Shown: positions 15,375-23,969 of the stretch, piece after piece
Position numbering within the stretch: the stretch's first letter is position 1
How the letters are laid out: each line of letters opens with the position of its first letter
Source of the DNA: Opitutia bacterium
GTDB taxonomy: Bacteria > Verrucomicrobiota > Verrucomicrobiia > Opitutales > UBA953
Direction of reading: 5' to 3'
DNA: 30,659 nucleotides
NCBI GenBank assembly: GCA_046095205.1
Contig: JBJTIX010000056.1
Coordinates: 1-30,659, forward strand
The notes under the pieces: generated by a model
The model's input: the letters and a program-made list of their open reading frames with translations, nothing else
Database searches by the model: none
What the model was told of the DNA's origin: nothing
Translations under genes and position numbers: made by a program

Positions 15375-17279
15375 TCAGCCGAGCCGCGGCTCATATTCCG
15401 GAACGAGGGCCTGGACGCCGCGCTTGCACGCGTCGGGCTCGGCCGGGACGAGGGCCTCGACGCGAGCCAGCAGCCCGGGGAGGTCGGCGTGCGGCGGAGC
15501 GGCGGAGACCAGGCGGGTGACGCGCGGGTGGGCGGTGGGGCGGTGCTTCTCGTCCTCGTGATGCAGCTCCTCGACCAGTTTCTCCCCGGGGCGGAGGCCG
15601 GTGATGCGTATCTCGATGTCGACGTCGGGACGGAAGCCGCTGAGCTCGATGAGCTGGCGCGCCACGTCGAGGATGCGGAGGGGCTCCCCCATCTCGAGGA
15701 CGAGGATGTCTCCCCCTTCGGCGAGGACGGCGCTCTGCAGGACGAGCCCGACCGCCTCGGGAATCGTCAGGAAGTAGCGCCTCACCTCGGGGTGGGTGAC
15801 GGTCACGGGGCCGCCGGCGGCGATCTGGCGCCGGAAGATCGGGATGACGGAGCCGGAGGAGCCGAGGACGTTGCCGAAGCGCACGGCGACGAAGCGGGTG
15901 CGGTTGCCGGGCCGCCCCTGCATCGACTGGACCGCCAGCTCGGCCAGACGCTTGCTGGCCCCCATGACGTTGGTCGGCCGGATGGCCTTGTCGGAGGAGA
16001 TCAGCACGAAGCGCTCCACCGCGTGCTCCGACGCGAGGCCGGCGACGACGGCGGTCCCGAGCACGTTGTTGCTGAGGGCCTCGCCGGGCTGCGACTCCAT
16101 CAGCGGCACGTGCTTGTGCGCGGCGGCGTGCAGGACGAGCGAGGGACGGTGGCGGGCGAAGAGGTCCCGCATGCGGGCCGCATCGGTGACGTCGGCGACC
16201 TCGGCCACGACCGCCGACGCGCCGGGGCCGGCGAGGAGCTCCTGCTCGGCCTGGAAGAGGAGGACTTCGCAGCGGTCGACGAGCACGAGCCGGGCAGGAC
16301 CGCGCGCGGCCGCCTGACGGGCGATCTCGAGGCCGATGCTGCCGCCCGCGCCGGTCACCATGACCGTGCGGCCCAGGACCATGGCGTCGATCGCCGCATC
16401 GTCGAGGCGGGCCGGCTCCCGGCCGAGAAGGTCCTCGACGGAGACAGGACGGAGGTCGGTGGCGCGGATACGGCCGCCGGCGAGCTCGGCAAGCGAGGGG
16501 ACGACGAGGACGCGCAGGCCGGCGGCGGCGGCCGCGCCGCTCAGCTCGCGCACGCGGCGCGCGCTCGTGCTGGGCAGGGCGAGGATGACCTCCGTGACGC
16601 CGTACCTCTCGCCGAGATGGGGGACGAGCGCGTCTCCGCCGACGACGCGGACGCCGTGGATGAGGAGACCGTGCTTGGAGGGGTCCTCGTCAAGGAAGCA
16701 GACGGGCTCGAGGCCGTGGCCGCGGCGGGAGAGCAGGTCGGCGACGAGCTGCTCGCCGGAGCGGCCGGCGCCGATGACGGCGATGCGCTCGACGGCGCCC
16801 ACCCGCACGGGATCCTTGGTCCAGAAGCGCTCACGCAGGGAACGGATGGCGACGCGGAAGCCGACGAAGAGCACCAGGGAAAGGTTGAAGTCGATCAGCA
16901 CCACGCCGCGCGGCAGCGCCAAGGCGGACCCCGCGGAGACGGTGGCGGCCAGCTCCGCCACGGCGATGGTGAGCGCGGCGGAGACGAAGAGCGCCACGCA
17001 CATGCGGAGGGCGTCGTGCAGGCGGAAGTAGTAGAAGACGCCGCTGAACTGGCCCGCCAGGCCGAGCAGCGCGACCTTCAGGGGGACGGCCCAGAGGAGC
17101 GCCGCGGGGCGCTGGTTCTGCAGGAAGGCCTCCTCGAAGAGGCGGTCCCCGTCCAGACGGACGGCCGAGCCGGTGAACCTCAGCTCATAGGCGAACCACA
17201 GCGAGAGGAACGCGAGCGCCCCGTACAGCGCGGCGAAGAAGGCCGCGCGCTGGAGCCGTGAGACGGGGGGTTGGGCCAT
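15375..17279 (-). CDS. Membrane-bound NDP-sugar 4,6-dehydratase (CapD/PglF/WbpM family)
   Basis: Four N-terminal TMs, CoA-binding-like middle domain (IGAGRSG), [48 protein letters not shown]; start at 17279. Confidence 0.93.
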   Translation of the reverse strand: MAQPPVSRLQRAAFFAALYGALAFLSLWFAYELRFTGSAVRLDGDRLFEEAFLQNQRPAALLWAVPLKVALLGLAGQFSGVFYYFRLHDALRMCVALFVSAALTIAVAELAATVSAGSALALPRGVVLIDFNLSLVLFVGFRVAIRSLRERFWTKDPVRVGAVERIAVIGAGRSGEQLVADLLSRRGHGLEPVCFLDEDPSKHGLLIHGVRVVGGDALVPHLGERYGVTEVILALPSTSARRVRELSGAAAAAGLRVLVVPSLAELAGGRIRATDLRPVSVEDLLGREPARLDDAAIDAMVLGRTVMVTGAGGSIGLEIARQAAARGPARLVLVDRCEVLLFQAEQELLAGPGASAVVAEVADVTDAARMRDLFARHRPSLVLHAAAHKHVPLMESQPGEALSNNVLGTAVVAGLASEHAVERFVLISSDKAIRPTNVMGASKRLAELAVQSMQGRPGNRTRFVAVRFGNVLGSSGSVIPIFRRQIAAGGPVTVTHPEVRRYFLTIPEAVGLVLQSAVLAEGGDILVLEMGEPLRILDVARQLIELSGFRPDVDIEIRITGLRPGEKLVEELHHEDEKHRPTAHPRVTRLVSAAPPHADLPGLLARVEALVPAEPDACKRGVQALVPEYEPRLG

Positions 17280-17307
17280 CGGGAGGGTGGATCCTGTCGT
17301 CCGACTA

Positions 17308-18972
17308 TTATAGTTCAACCACGATGCGGTATCCGACCGAGCGGGAACGCTCCCTCCGGTGGGCCGGCCGGGCCTCCAGTCCGCCCGAAGCGGTGGCGCC
17401 CAGGATGGGGAAACGGTCGGCTCCAAGGGGCTTTTCGGACCAGGCCCACTCGTCGGGCGCCTCAAGGACGCCCCGGAAGACGGGGTCGCGGCGGGCCGCC
17501 TCGTAATCGGCGGCACCGGCGAGGCGCACCTTGCGTCCGAGGAGCCAGCCCAGCCGGCGGCAGGCTCCTTCGGCCTCGTCGTAGGTCACGGAGTCCACCG
17601 GTGCGCCCGCCTTGCGCACGGCGCTCGGATTGTCGCCGGTGACGGCAAGGTGCAGCTCCTGGGAGGTCTCCGCGACGAGCATGCTGCGCCCCGTGACGCC
17701 GGGCAGGGCGCGCGTTCCTTCCGCGACGAGACGCTGCACCGGTCCGAGCTGGACGCGGCGCGAAAGGATGAACTCCGCCTCCTCGCGCTCCGGATCCTCG
17801 GCGGAGAAGAGTCCGGTGCCGGCCTCGGCGAGACGCCGCATCTCGGACAGGAGCGGCGCCGCGGCCCCGAGGGCGGAGTCGGTGCGGCCCGCACGGAGTT
17901 CCGTCCGGACGGCCGACAGGCCGGACCGCACCGCGATGATCGCGTCGTGATGCCGGGCGGCGGCGGCGGAGCGCGCGACCTCGGCCCGGCGCGCGGGCGC
18001 GGCGTCGGCGCTCTGCGGTCGTTCGGCCAGCAGGCGCGTCAGCTTCGCGGACGCCTCATCCCAGGCGCGCGCTGCGACGGGCCAGTCGCCCGCGGCCTCG
18101 GCCCGGCGCGCCTGTTCACCCGCGGCGGCGGCCTCGAGGGCGAGGGGGCGGCCCAGCGCGGTCTCGCGCAGCGCGGCGAGCGCGGCCACCCGACCGTACT
18201 CCGGGGTGCGCACGTCGCGGTAACGTTCCTCGAGCTCCTGTTCCACGGCCAGCGCGGCGACGAACTTCTCCGCCGCGGCCTCGTGGCCGCCCTTCCCTTC
18301 GAGCAGCGCGCGCCCCTCCGCCTCGAGCGTGCGCCCCTTGCGGGCGAGCGGTTCCGCCTCGAGCGTGCGCACGCGGGTGCGGAGGCGGGCGATGCGTCCC
18401 TGGTCGGCGAGCCCGGAGAAATGCCAGCGCTCGGCGATCTCGGTCTCGGCGGCCAGCGCGGCGGTGAAATCTCCGAAGGCGGCGACGGGGTCCGTGCGGA
18501 GCGCGGCGCGCGCCCTTGCCTCGGCCGCGTCCGCGAGGGTCCGCAGGCGGTCAGCGTGAATCAGGTGGAGCTTCCGCCTGAGCTGCTCGGTCCTGAAGGT
18601 GTCGGCGCCGACGGCACGGCGCGCGCTGACGTAGGCCTCCTGCGCCTCGAGCGCGCCCTCGAGAAGCCTGATGTCCTCCATCGTGGGCACCGCGCGGACG
18701 ACGAGCGCCTGCTCGTAGGCCTTCTCCAGCTGCTTCGACCGCTCGAGCAAAGCCGCGGCCGCCTCCGGCGGCAGCTCGTCGGCTCCCCGGCGATTGGCCC
18801 GGCGTTCGGCCGTCATCAGCCAGGCGGCGACGAAGGCGAGCGCAAGCAGGACGCAGACGATGACCGCCGTACGCACCCGGTCCCCGTGGGCGTCGAGCCA
18901 GCCGTCCTCGCGGGACCGGCCCGAGGAGCGGGACGACACGCTTGGCTTGGTTGGGTCGGGGCCTTGGGTCAT
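17308..18972 (-). CDS. Membrane-anchored helical-repeat protein with a degenerate C-terminal FGE-sulfatase/SUMF1-like domain
   Basis: Single TM (AVIVCVLLALAFVAAWLM), Ala-rich helical repeats, then ETSQELHLAVTGDNPS...PVDSVTYDEAEGACRRLGWLLGRKVRL...GYRIVV. Confidence 0.75.
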   Translation of the reverse strand: MTQGPDPTKPSVSSRSSGRSREDGWLDAHGDRVRTAVIVCVLLALAFVAAWLMTAERRANRRGADELPPEAAAALLERSKQLEKAYEQALVVRAVPTMEDIRLLEGALEAQEAYVSARRAVGADTFRTEQLRRKLHLIHADRLRTLADAAEARARAALRTDPVAAFGDFTAALAAETEIAERWHFSGLADQGRIARLRTRVRTLEAEPLARKGRTLEAEGRALLEGKGGHEAAAEKFVAALAVEQELEERYRDVRTPEYGRVAALAALRETALGRPLALEAAAAGEQARRAEAAGDWPVAARAWDEASAKLTRLLAERPQSADAAPARRAEVARSAAAARHHDAIIAVRSGLSAVRTELRAGRTDSALGAAAPLLSEMRRLAEAGTGLFSAEDPEREEAEFILSRRVQLGPVQRLVAEGTRALPGVTGRSMLVAETSQELHLAVTGDNPSAVRKAGAPVDSVTYDEAEGACRRLGWLLGRKVRLAGAADYEAARRDPVFRGVLEAPDEWAWSEKPLGADRFPILGATASGGLEARPAHRRERSRSVGYRIVVEL

Positions 18973-19059
18973 GACGGCGTTTCCGGGCCTGAGACCCGGT
19001 TTGTTTGCTTTATCAGTCGGTCATACTTGTCCATCAATGTCGGTCGTTCAATCCCGCAG

Positions 19060-19917
19060 ATGGCCCATTTCCAGAGAATCGCCGTGGTGGGCGCCGGACT
19101 CATCGGAGGTTCGGTGCTGCTGGCCGCGCACAGGCGTCGCCTGGCGGAGGGGCTCGGCTCATGGTCGCGCTCGGAATCCGCCCGCGAAACCCTGCGCGGG
19201 TTCGCCGCCGGCGAAGTGTTCGACACGGAGGCCGAGTGCGTGCGCGGCGCCGACCTCGTGGTCGTCGCCACCCCGGTGGATTCGGCCGCGGCCACCTTCC
19301 GCGCGATCGCGCCCCACCTGGCGCCCGGCTGCCTGGTGACCGATGCGGGCAGCGTGAAGGCCGCGGTAGTCGCGGCGGCCCGCGCCGAACTGCCCGCGAC
19401 GGCGCGCTTCGTGGGCGCGCACCCGATGGCCGGGTCGGAGAAGGCGGGCTCCCGGCATGCGGACGCCACCCTCTTCGAGCGGCGCACATGCTACGTCACG
19501 CCGGCCGGCGGCGAGAGCCGCGGCGCGGTCGAGCGCGTGCACGCCTTCTGGCGCAGCCTGGGCTGCGTGACCGAAGAGACCGACCCCGAGACGCATGACG
19601 CGATCGTCGCGGCGGTGAGCCACCTCCCGCACGCCGCGGCCGCGGCGCTCATGCTCGCCGTCGCCGACACGCCGGGATTCAGCGCGGCGGCCGCCGGCTC
19701 TGGCCTGCGCGACGCCACCCGCATCGCGGCGGGCGAGGAGCATCTCTGGGTCGGCATCCTGATGGACAACGCGGAACGCGTCGCCGCGGGCCTGAGCTCC
19801 CTGGAGACGCGTTCGGCGGCCCTGCGCGAAGCGCTCGTCCGGCGAGATGCGGACGCCGTCCGCAGGATCCTCGCGGAGGCGCGGACGCTCCGGCAATCGC
19901 TCGACCGGAACGCATGA
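19060..19917 (+). CDS. tyrA: Prephenate/arogenate dehydrogenase
   Basis: VGAGLIGGS, TDAGSVK, FVGAHPMAGSEKAG, HDAIVAAVSHLPH, GSGLRDATRIA, W..I..DN; start at 19060. Confidence 0.93.
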   Translation: MAHFQRIAVVGAGLIGGSVLLAAHRRRLAEGLGSWSRSESARETLRGFAAGEVFDTEAECVRGADLVVVATPVDSAAATFRAIAPHLAPGCLVTDAGSVKAAVVAAARAELPATARFVGAHPMAGSEKAGSRHADATLFERRTCYVTPAGGESRGAVERVHAFWRSLGCVTEETDPETHDAIVAAVSHLPHAAAAALMLAVADTPGFSAAAAGSGLRDATRIAAGEEHLWVGILMDNAERVAAGLSSLETRSAALREALVRRDADAVRRILAEARTLRQSLDRNA

Positions 19918-21932
19918 GCGGATCCGTCGTCATCCGGCCGTTCCGGCATCCCGCCAGGGGCGTCGCACGGGTGCCGGGCTCCAAGAGCGTGACCAACCGC
20001 GCGCTCATCCTGGCCGCCCTGGCGGAGGGTGAGACGCTCCTCACGGGCGCGCTCTTCAGCCGTGACACCCGCATCCTGACCGAGTCGCTCGTCGCGCTCG
20101 GCTTCGAGGCGGCCGCGGATGAGAAGGCGCGGACCGTCCGCGTGCGCGGGCTCGGCGGCAGAATCCCCGCGGCCCGCGCCCGTCTCCATGTCGGCAACGC
20201 CGGCACGGCCGCACGCTTCCTCACGGCCTTCCTCGCCCTCGCGCCCGGCGGCAGATACGAGCTGGACGGCGACGAGGCGATGCGCGCCCGCCCCATGGCC
20301 GGATTGCTCGACGCCCTGCGCGGCGCGGGCTGCCGCGCCGTCGCCCCCGACGGAAGCGAGGCGCAGGGCTTCCCGTTCACCCTCGAGACGTCGGGCCGCC
20401 TCGGCCGGCTGGAAGTCGACGCCTCCGCGTCGTCGCAGCTGCTGTCCGCCCTGCTGATGGCGCTGCCGCTGGCTCCCGGCTCCTCGGTGCGCATGCGCGG
20501 CGAGACCGTTTCGGAGCCCTTCGTCGAGATGACCGCGCGGATGTGCGCGCAGTTCGGCCGCCCGCTCGCACGCGCGGCCGACGGCGTCTGGACCTGCCCG
20601 GCCCCGGGACCTTACAGGGCGCCCGGAGAATACGCGGTGGAGCCTGACGCGACCGCGGCCAGCTACTTCATCGCCCTGCCCGCCGCCGCGCCGGCGGGAT
20701 CCTGCGTCCGTATCGGCGGCTACGCCGAGGGCGGGCTGCAGGGAGACACCGCCTTCGCCAAGGTGGCGGCCGCCTGCGGGGCGCGTCTGCGCCAGGACGG
20801 ACCCGCGGTCGTCACCGGCGGCTGGCCGGCGGTGCGTGGCGGCGACTTCGACTTCAACGCCTTCTCGGACACCTTCCTGACCCTCGCGACCACGGCCGCC
20901 CTCGCCGACGCACCGGTGACGATGCGCGGCATCGGCCACACGCGCCGGCAGGAGACGGACCGGATGCTGGCCATGGCCACGGAACTCGAGCGCATCGGCC
21001 TGCGCGTCGTTCCTTCGGCCGCGCAGCTCAGGGCCGACCCCGCGCTCTCCGACCTCACCGTGCATCCCGACCGCGAGGCGATGCGCCGGGCCGCGGCCGG
21101 AGGCCCCGTGCGCATCCGCACCTACGAGGACCACCGCATGGCGATGAGCTTCGGCGTGCTCGGCTGCCACGACCTCTTCGGCGACGGCCGTCCGTGGATC
21201 GAGATCGAGGACCCCGGTTGCACGGGCAAGACCTTCCCGGACTTCTTCCCCGCGCTGGACGCGCTGCGAGGGTCCTTCGTGCGCGTGGCGGTCGACGGCG
21301 GCGCGGCGTCGGGCAAGTCGAGCACCAGCCGCGCGCTGGCGGCCCGCCTCGGGCTGCTGCACGTGGACACCGGCGCGCACTACCGCACCGTGACACGCGC
21401 CCTGCTGCTGCGCGGCGCGAAGGCCGACGACCCGAAGGGCGTCGGTCAGGCGCTGGCGGGCATGCGCGCAGCCTCGGTCGTGTCGGGCCTCGCCGCCCGC
21501 CTGGAGCTCGACGGCGTCATGCCCTCCCCCGCCGACCTGCGCACCCCGGAGGTGAACGCGGCGGTTTCATCCGTCGCCGCCATGCCCGCGGGGCGCGCCT
21601 TCCTGCTGGGACATCAGCGCGCGCAGACCGAGGCCGCGCGCGCGGGCGGGTTCGCCGGCGTGGTGATGGAGGGCCGCGACATCGGCTCGGTCGTGATGCC
21701 CGACGCCGAGGTGCGCATCTTCCTGGAGGCCGACGCCGCCGCCCGCGAACGTCGCCGCGCCGCCGAAGGCATGAAGGATCCCATCGATCGCCGCGACCGG
21801 ATGGACTCCACCCGCAGCGCCTCGCCGATGGTGTGCCCGGAGGGCGCCGTCCGCATCGACAACACCGCGCTGAGCCTTGACGAGGTCGTCGCCCGGGTGG
21901 AGGCGCTGGTCGTGGCCGCCGCCGGCCGATGA
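19914..21932 (+). CDS. aroA: Fused EPSP synthase / cytidylate kinase (AroA-Cmk)
   Basis: AroA: GSKSVTNR, GNAGTAAR, SASSQ, DATAASYF, ETDR, YEDHRMAM, KTFPDFF. Cmk from about 21277: VDGGAASGKS, DTGAHYR, VMEGRDIGSVVMPDA, RDRMDS. Confidence 0.95.
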   Translation: MSGSVVIRPFRHPARGVARVPGSKSVTNRALILAALAEGETLLTGALFSRDTRILTESLVALGFEAAADEKARTVRVRGLGGRIPAARARLHVGNAGTAARFLTAFLALAPGGRYELDGDEAMRARPMAGLLDALRGAGCRAVAPDGSEAQGFPFTLETSGRLGRLEVDASASSQLLSALLMALPLAPGSSVRMRGETVSEPFVEMTARMCAQFGRPLARAADGVWTCPAPGPYRAPGEYAVEPDATAASYFIALPAAAPAGSCVRIGGYAEGGLQGDTAFAKVAAACGARLRQDGPAVVTGGWPAVRGGDFDFNAFSDTFLTLATTAALADAPVTMRGIGHTRRQETDRMLAMATELERIGLRVVPSAAQLRADPALSDLTVHPDREAMRRAAAGGPVRIRTYEDHRMAMSFGVLGCHDLFGDGRPWIEIEDPGCTGKTFPDFFPALDALRGSFVRVAVDGGAASGKSSTSRALAARLGLLHVDTGAHYRTVTRALLLRGAKADDPKGVGQALAGMRAASVVSGLAARLELDGVMPSPADLRTPEVNAAVSSVAAMPAGRAFLLGHQRAQTEAARAGGFAGVVMEGRDIGSVVMPDAEVRIFLEADAAARERRRAAEGMKDPIDRRDRMDSTRSASPMVCPEGAVRIDNTALSLDEVVARVEALVVAAAGR

Positions 21933-22573
21933 TCCTCTCCTCGCAGAACCTCGCCTACCGTCTCGTCTATCACGGATGCCGGTCGGCCATGGAGGTCTTC
22001 GCCACGCTCGAGGTCGAGGGCTGGGAGAAGGTGCCCGACGGCGCATGCCTCCTCGCCTCGAACCACCAGAGCATGCTCGATCCGCCCCTGGTGGGCTCGT
22101 GCCTGCCGCGCGAGATCGCGTTCGTCGCCCGGCGCACGCTCTTCTACAATCCCGTGTTCGGCGCGCTGATCAGGGCGTGCAACTCCATCCCGATCGACCG
22201 CGACAGCGCCGACCTCGGGGCGATACGCACCGCGCTGGCGGCCCTGGCGGCGAACAACGGCCTGCTGATCTTCCCGGAGGGGACGCGCAGCGCCGACGGC
22301 GTGATCGGCGAGGCGAAGGCCGGGGCGGGCCTGCTGGCCTGCAAGTCGGGCGTGCCCGTCGTGCCGGTGCGCGTCAGGGGTGCGCGGGACGTGCTGCCGC
22401 GCGGCGCCGTGGTGCCGTCGGGCGGGGCCCGCATCCGCGTCACCTTCGGCGATCCGATGGGGCCGTCGGAATATGATCCGGGCAGGGACCACCCCGACCG
22501 CTTCATGGAGGCGTCACGGCGCATCCTTGCGCGCATCGCCGCGCTGCCGGACTGCTCGGACCCCGGCCTGTGA
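21929..22573 (+). CDS. plsC: 1-acyl-sn-glycerol-3-phosphate acyltransferase
   Basis: SNHQSMLDPP (HX4D), FPEGTRS, GVPVVPV; ATGA overlap with aroA-cmk. Confidence 0.93.
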   Translation: MILSSQNLAYRLVYHGCRSAMEVFATLEVEGWEKVPDGACLLASNHQSMLDPPLVGSCLPREIAFVARRTLFYNPVFGALIRACNSIPIDRDSADLGAIRTALAALAANNGLLIFPEGTRSADGVIGEAKAGAGLLACKSGVPVVPVRVRGARDVLPRGAVVPSGGARIRVTFGDPMGPSEYDPGRDHPDRFMEASRRILARIAALPDCSDPGL

Positions 22574-22575
22574 CC

Positions 22576-23703
22576 TCAGGAGATCCGCTGCGGCATCACG
22601 ACGCAGAGGAAGTCGCCCTTGAGTCCGCGGATGACGCCGGGGGACATGTCGTCCTTGAATTCGAAGTCCAGCTCGTCCTCGGTGAGGGCCTTGAGCGGGT
22701 CGATGACGTAGGTCGGATTGAAGGCGATGTTCACGTCGGGGCCCTCGTACTTCACCGCGATGGGCTCGTGCGCCTCGCCGCTTTCGGACTTGGCGGAGAT
22801 CTCGAGGTTCTGGGTCTTCTTCGAGACGGTCAGACGTACGGTGTTGTTGCGGTCGTCGGTCATCAGGGCGGCGCGGGTGACGCTCTCGAGGATCTTCTCG
22901 CGCTCGAGGCGAACCTTGGAGCCGGGGTCCTTCGGTATGACCTGGCGGTAGTTGGGGTAGTTGCCTTCGACGACCTTGGACACGAGCTGGATGCGGTCCA
23001 CGAGGCCTTCGTCGTTCTTCGGCACTTCGATGTTGAAGCCGACCTGACGCTCATTGTGCGAGACCTGGGCGTTGCCGCCCGACTTGAGCAGGCGCATCAG
23101 CTCGACGATGGTGCGGGCGGGACGGATGAGGGCCAGGGGCTTGTCCGCGCCGGCCAGGGCGCGTTCGCACTTCGCCAGACGACGGCCGTCCGTGGCCACG
23201 ACGGTCAGCTTGCCCTCGTTGAACTCGAAGAACACGCCGTTGAGGATGTAGCGGTTCTCGTCGGAAGACTGGGCGTAGCTGACCTTGCGGAGCATGTCGC
23301 CGAGGTCGTCCTGATTGAGCGTGATGGCCGCCGAACCGGTGAAATTGGAGATTGGCGGGAACTGGTCGGCGGGAAGTCCGGCCACCTGGAACACCGAACT
23401 TCCGGAGGTGATCTTGACGCGCTCCTTGCCGGTCAGCTCGACTACGGCTTCGGCGCTGGAAAGCGCACGTACGATCGGAACGAGCTTCTTGACCGGGAGC
23501 GTGATGCGGCCGGGAGTCGAAACGGAGGCCTTGATGCGGCAGCAGATGGCCAGGTCGAGGTTCGTGGTGGTGAGGGTGACGTTGTCTCCTTCGGCCTCGA
23601 TGAGCACGTTCTGGAGGATCGGCATCGTGGCGCGGCTGCCGACGACGTTGGTCACGCTGGAGAGCCCGTTGAAGAAATGGTTTCGGTTTACCTTGAACTT
23701 CAT
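22576..23703 (-). CDS. dnaN: DNA polymerase III beta sliding clamp
   Basis: MKFKVNR, TMPILQN, TNLD, SSDENRYILNG, VATDGRRLA, EGNYPNYRQVIP, IAFNPTY, CVVMPQR. Confidence 0.98.
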   Translation of the reverse strand: MKFKVNRNHFFNGLSSVTNVVGSRATMPILQNVLIEAEGDNVTLTTTNLDLAICCRIKASVSTPGRITLPVKKLVPIVRALSSAEAVVELTGKERVKITSGSSVFQVAGLPADQFPPISNFTGSAAITLNQDDLGDMLRKVSYAQSSDENRYILNGVFFEFNEGKLTVVATDGRRLAKCERALAGADKPLALIRPARTIVELMRLLKSGGNAQVSHNERQVGFNIEVPKNDEGLVDRIQLVSKVVEGNYPNYRQVIPKDPGSKVRLEREKILESVTRAALMTDDRNNTVRLTVSKKTQNLEISAKSESGEAHEPIAVKYEGPDVNIAFNPTYVIDPLKALTEDELDFEFKDDMSPGVIRGLKGDFLCVVMPQRIS

Positions 23704-23969
23704 GATGAGGTGAGATTTGGGGGCAGAAGGGGGAGGGAAGCAACCCCTCTTTGCCCGTTTCCGGTCGGACTGCTTATCACTTACCTTTTATTCATAGATA
23801 CCAGAAGTAGCATCAGGGGTCGGAAGTCCGTGCATAAGTCCGCAACCCGTTGCGGCGCAGCCCGTCGGTCTTCCGCCCTTGTCCGTGAACAGGGTGTCAG
23901 CAAGCGGGCCCTTATTCGCAGGCCATCGCGGACACTGTCCGTCCACAGTCAATTCACAGCGTTTCCACT
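23704..23969. other. Candidate replication origin (oriC): DnaA boxes, DnaA-trios and an AT-rich tract
   Basis: Box-like 9-mers TTATTCATA (23788+), TTATGCACG (23837-23829, minus), CTGTTCACG (23892-23884, minus), TTATTCGCA (23912+), CCGTCCACA/CAATTCACA/GTTTCCACT (23939/23950/23961+); six NAN trios at 23799-23816; AT-rich tract at about 23774-23800. Confidence 0.65.

Noticed and set aside
23840-23855. Resemblance of the palindrome to the E. coli PurR box (11/16 positions)
   Set aside because: It lacks the central CG needed by LacI-family proteins and is not upstream of any pur gene.
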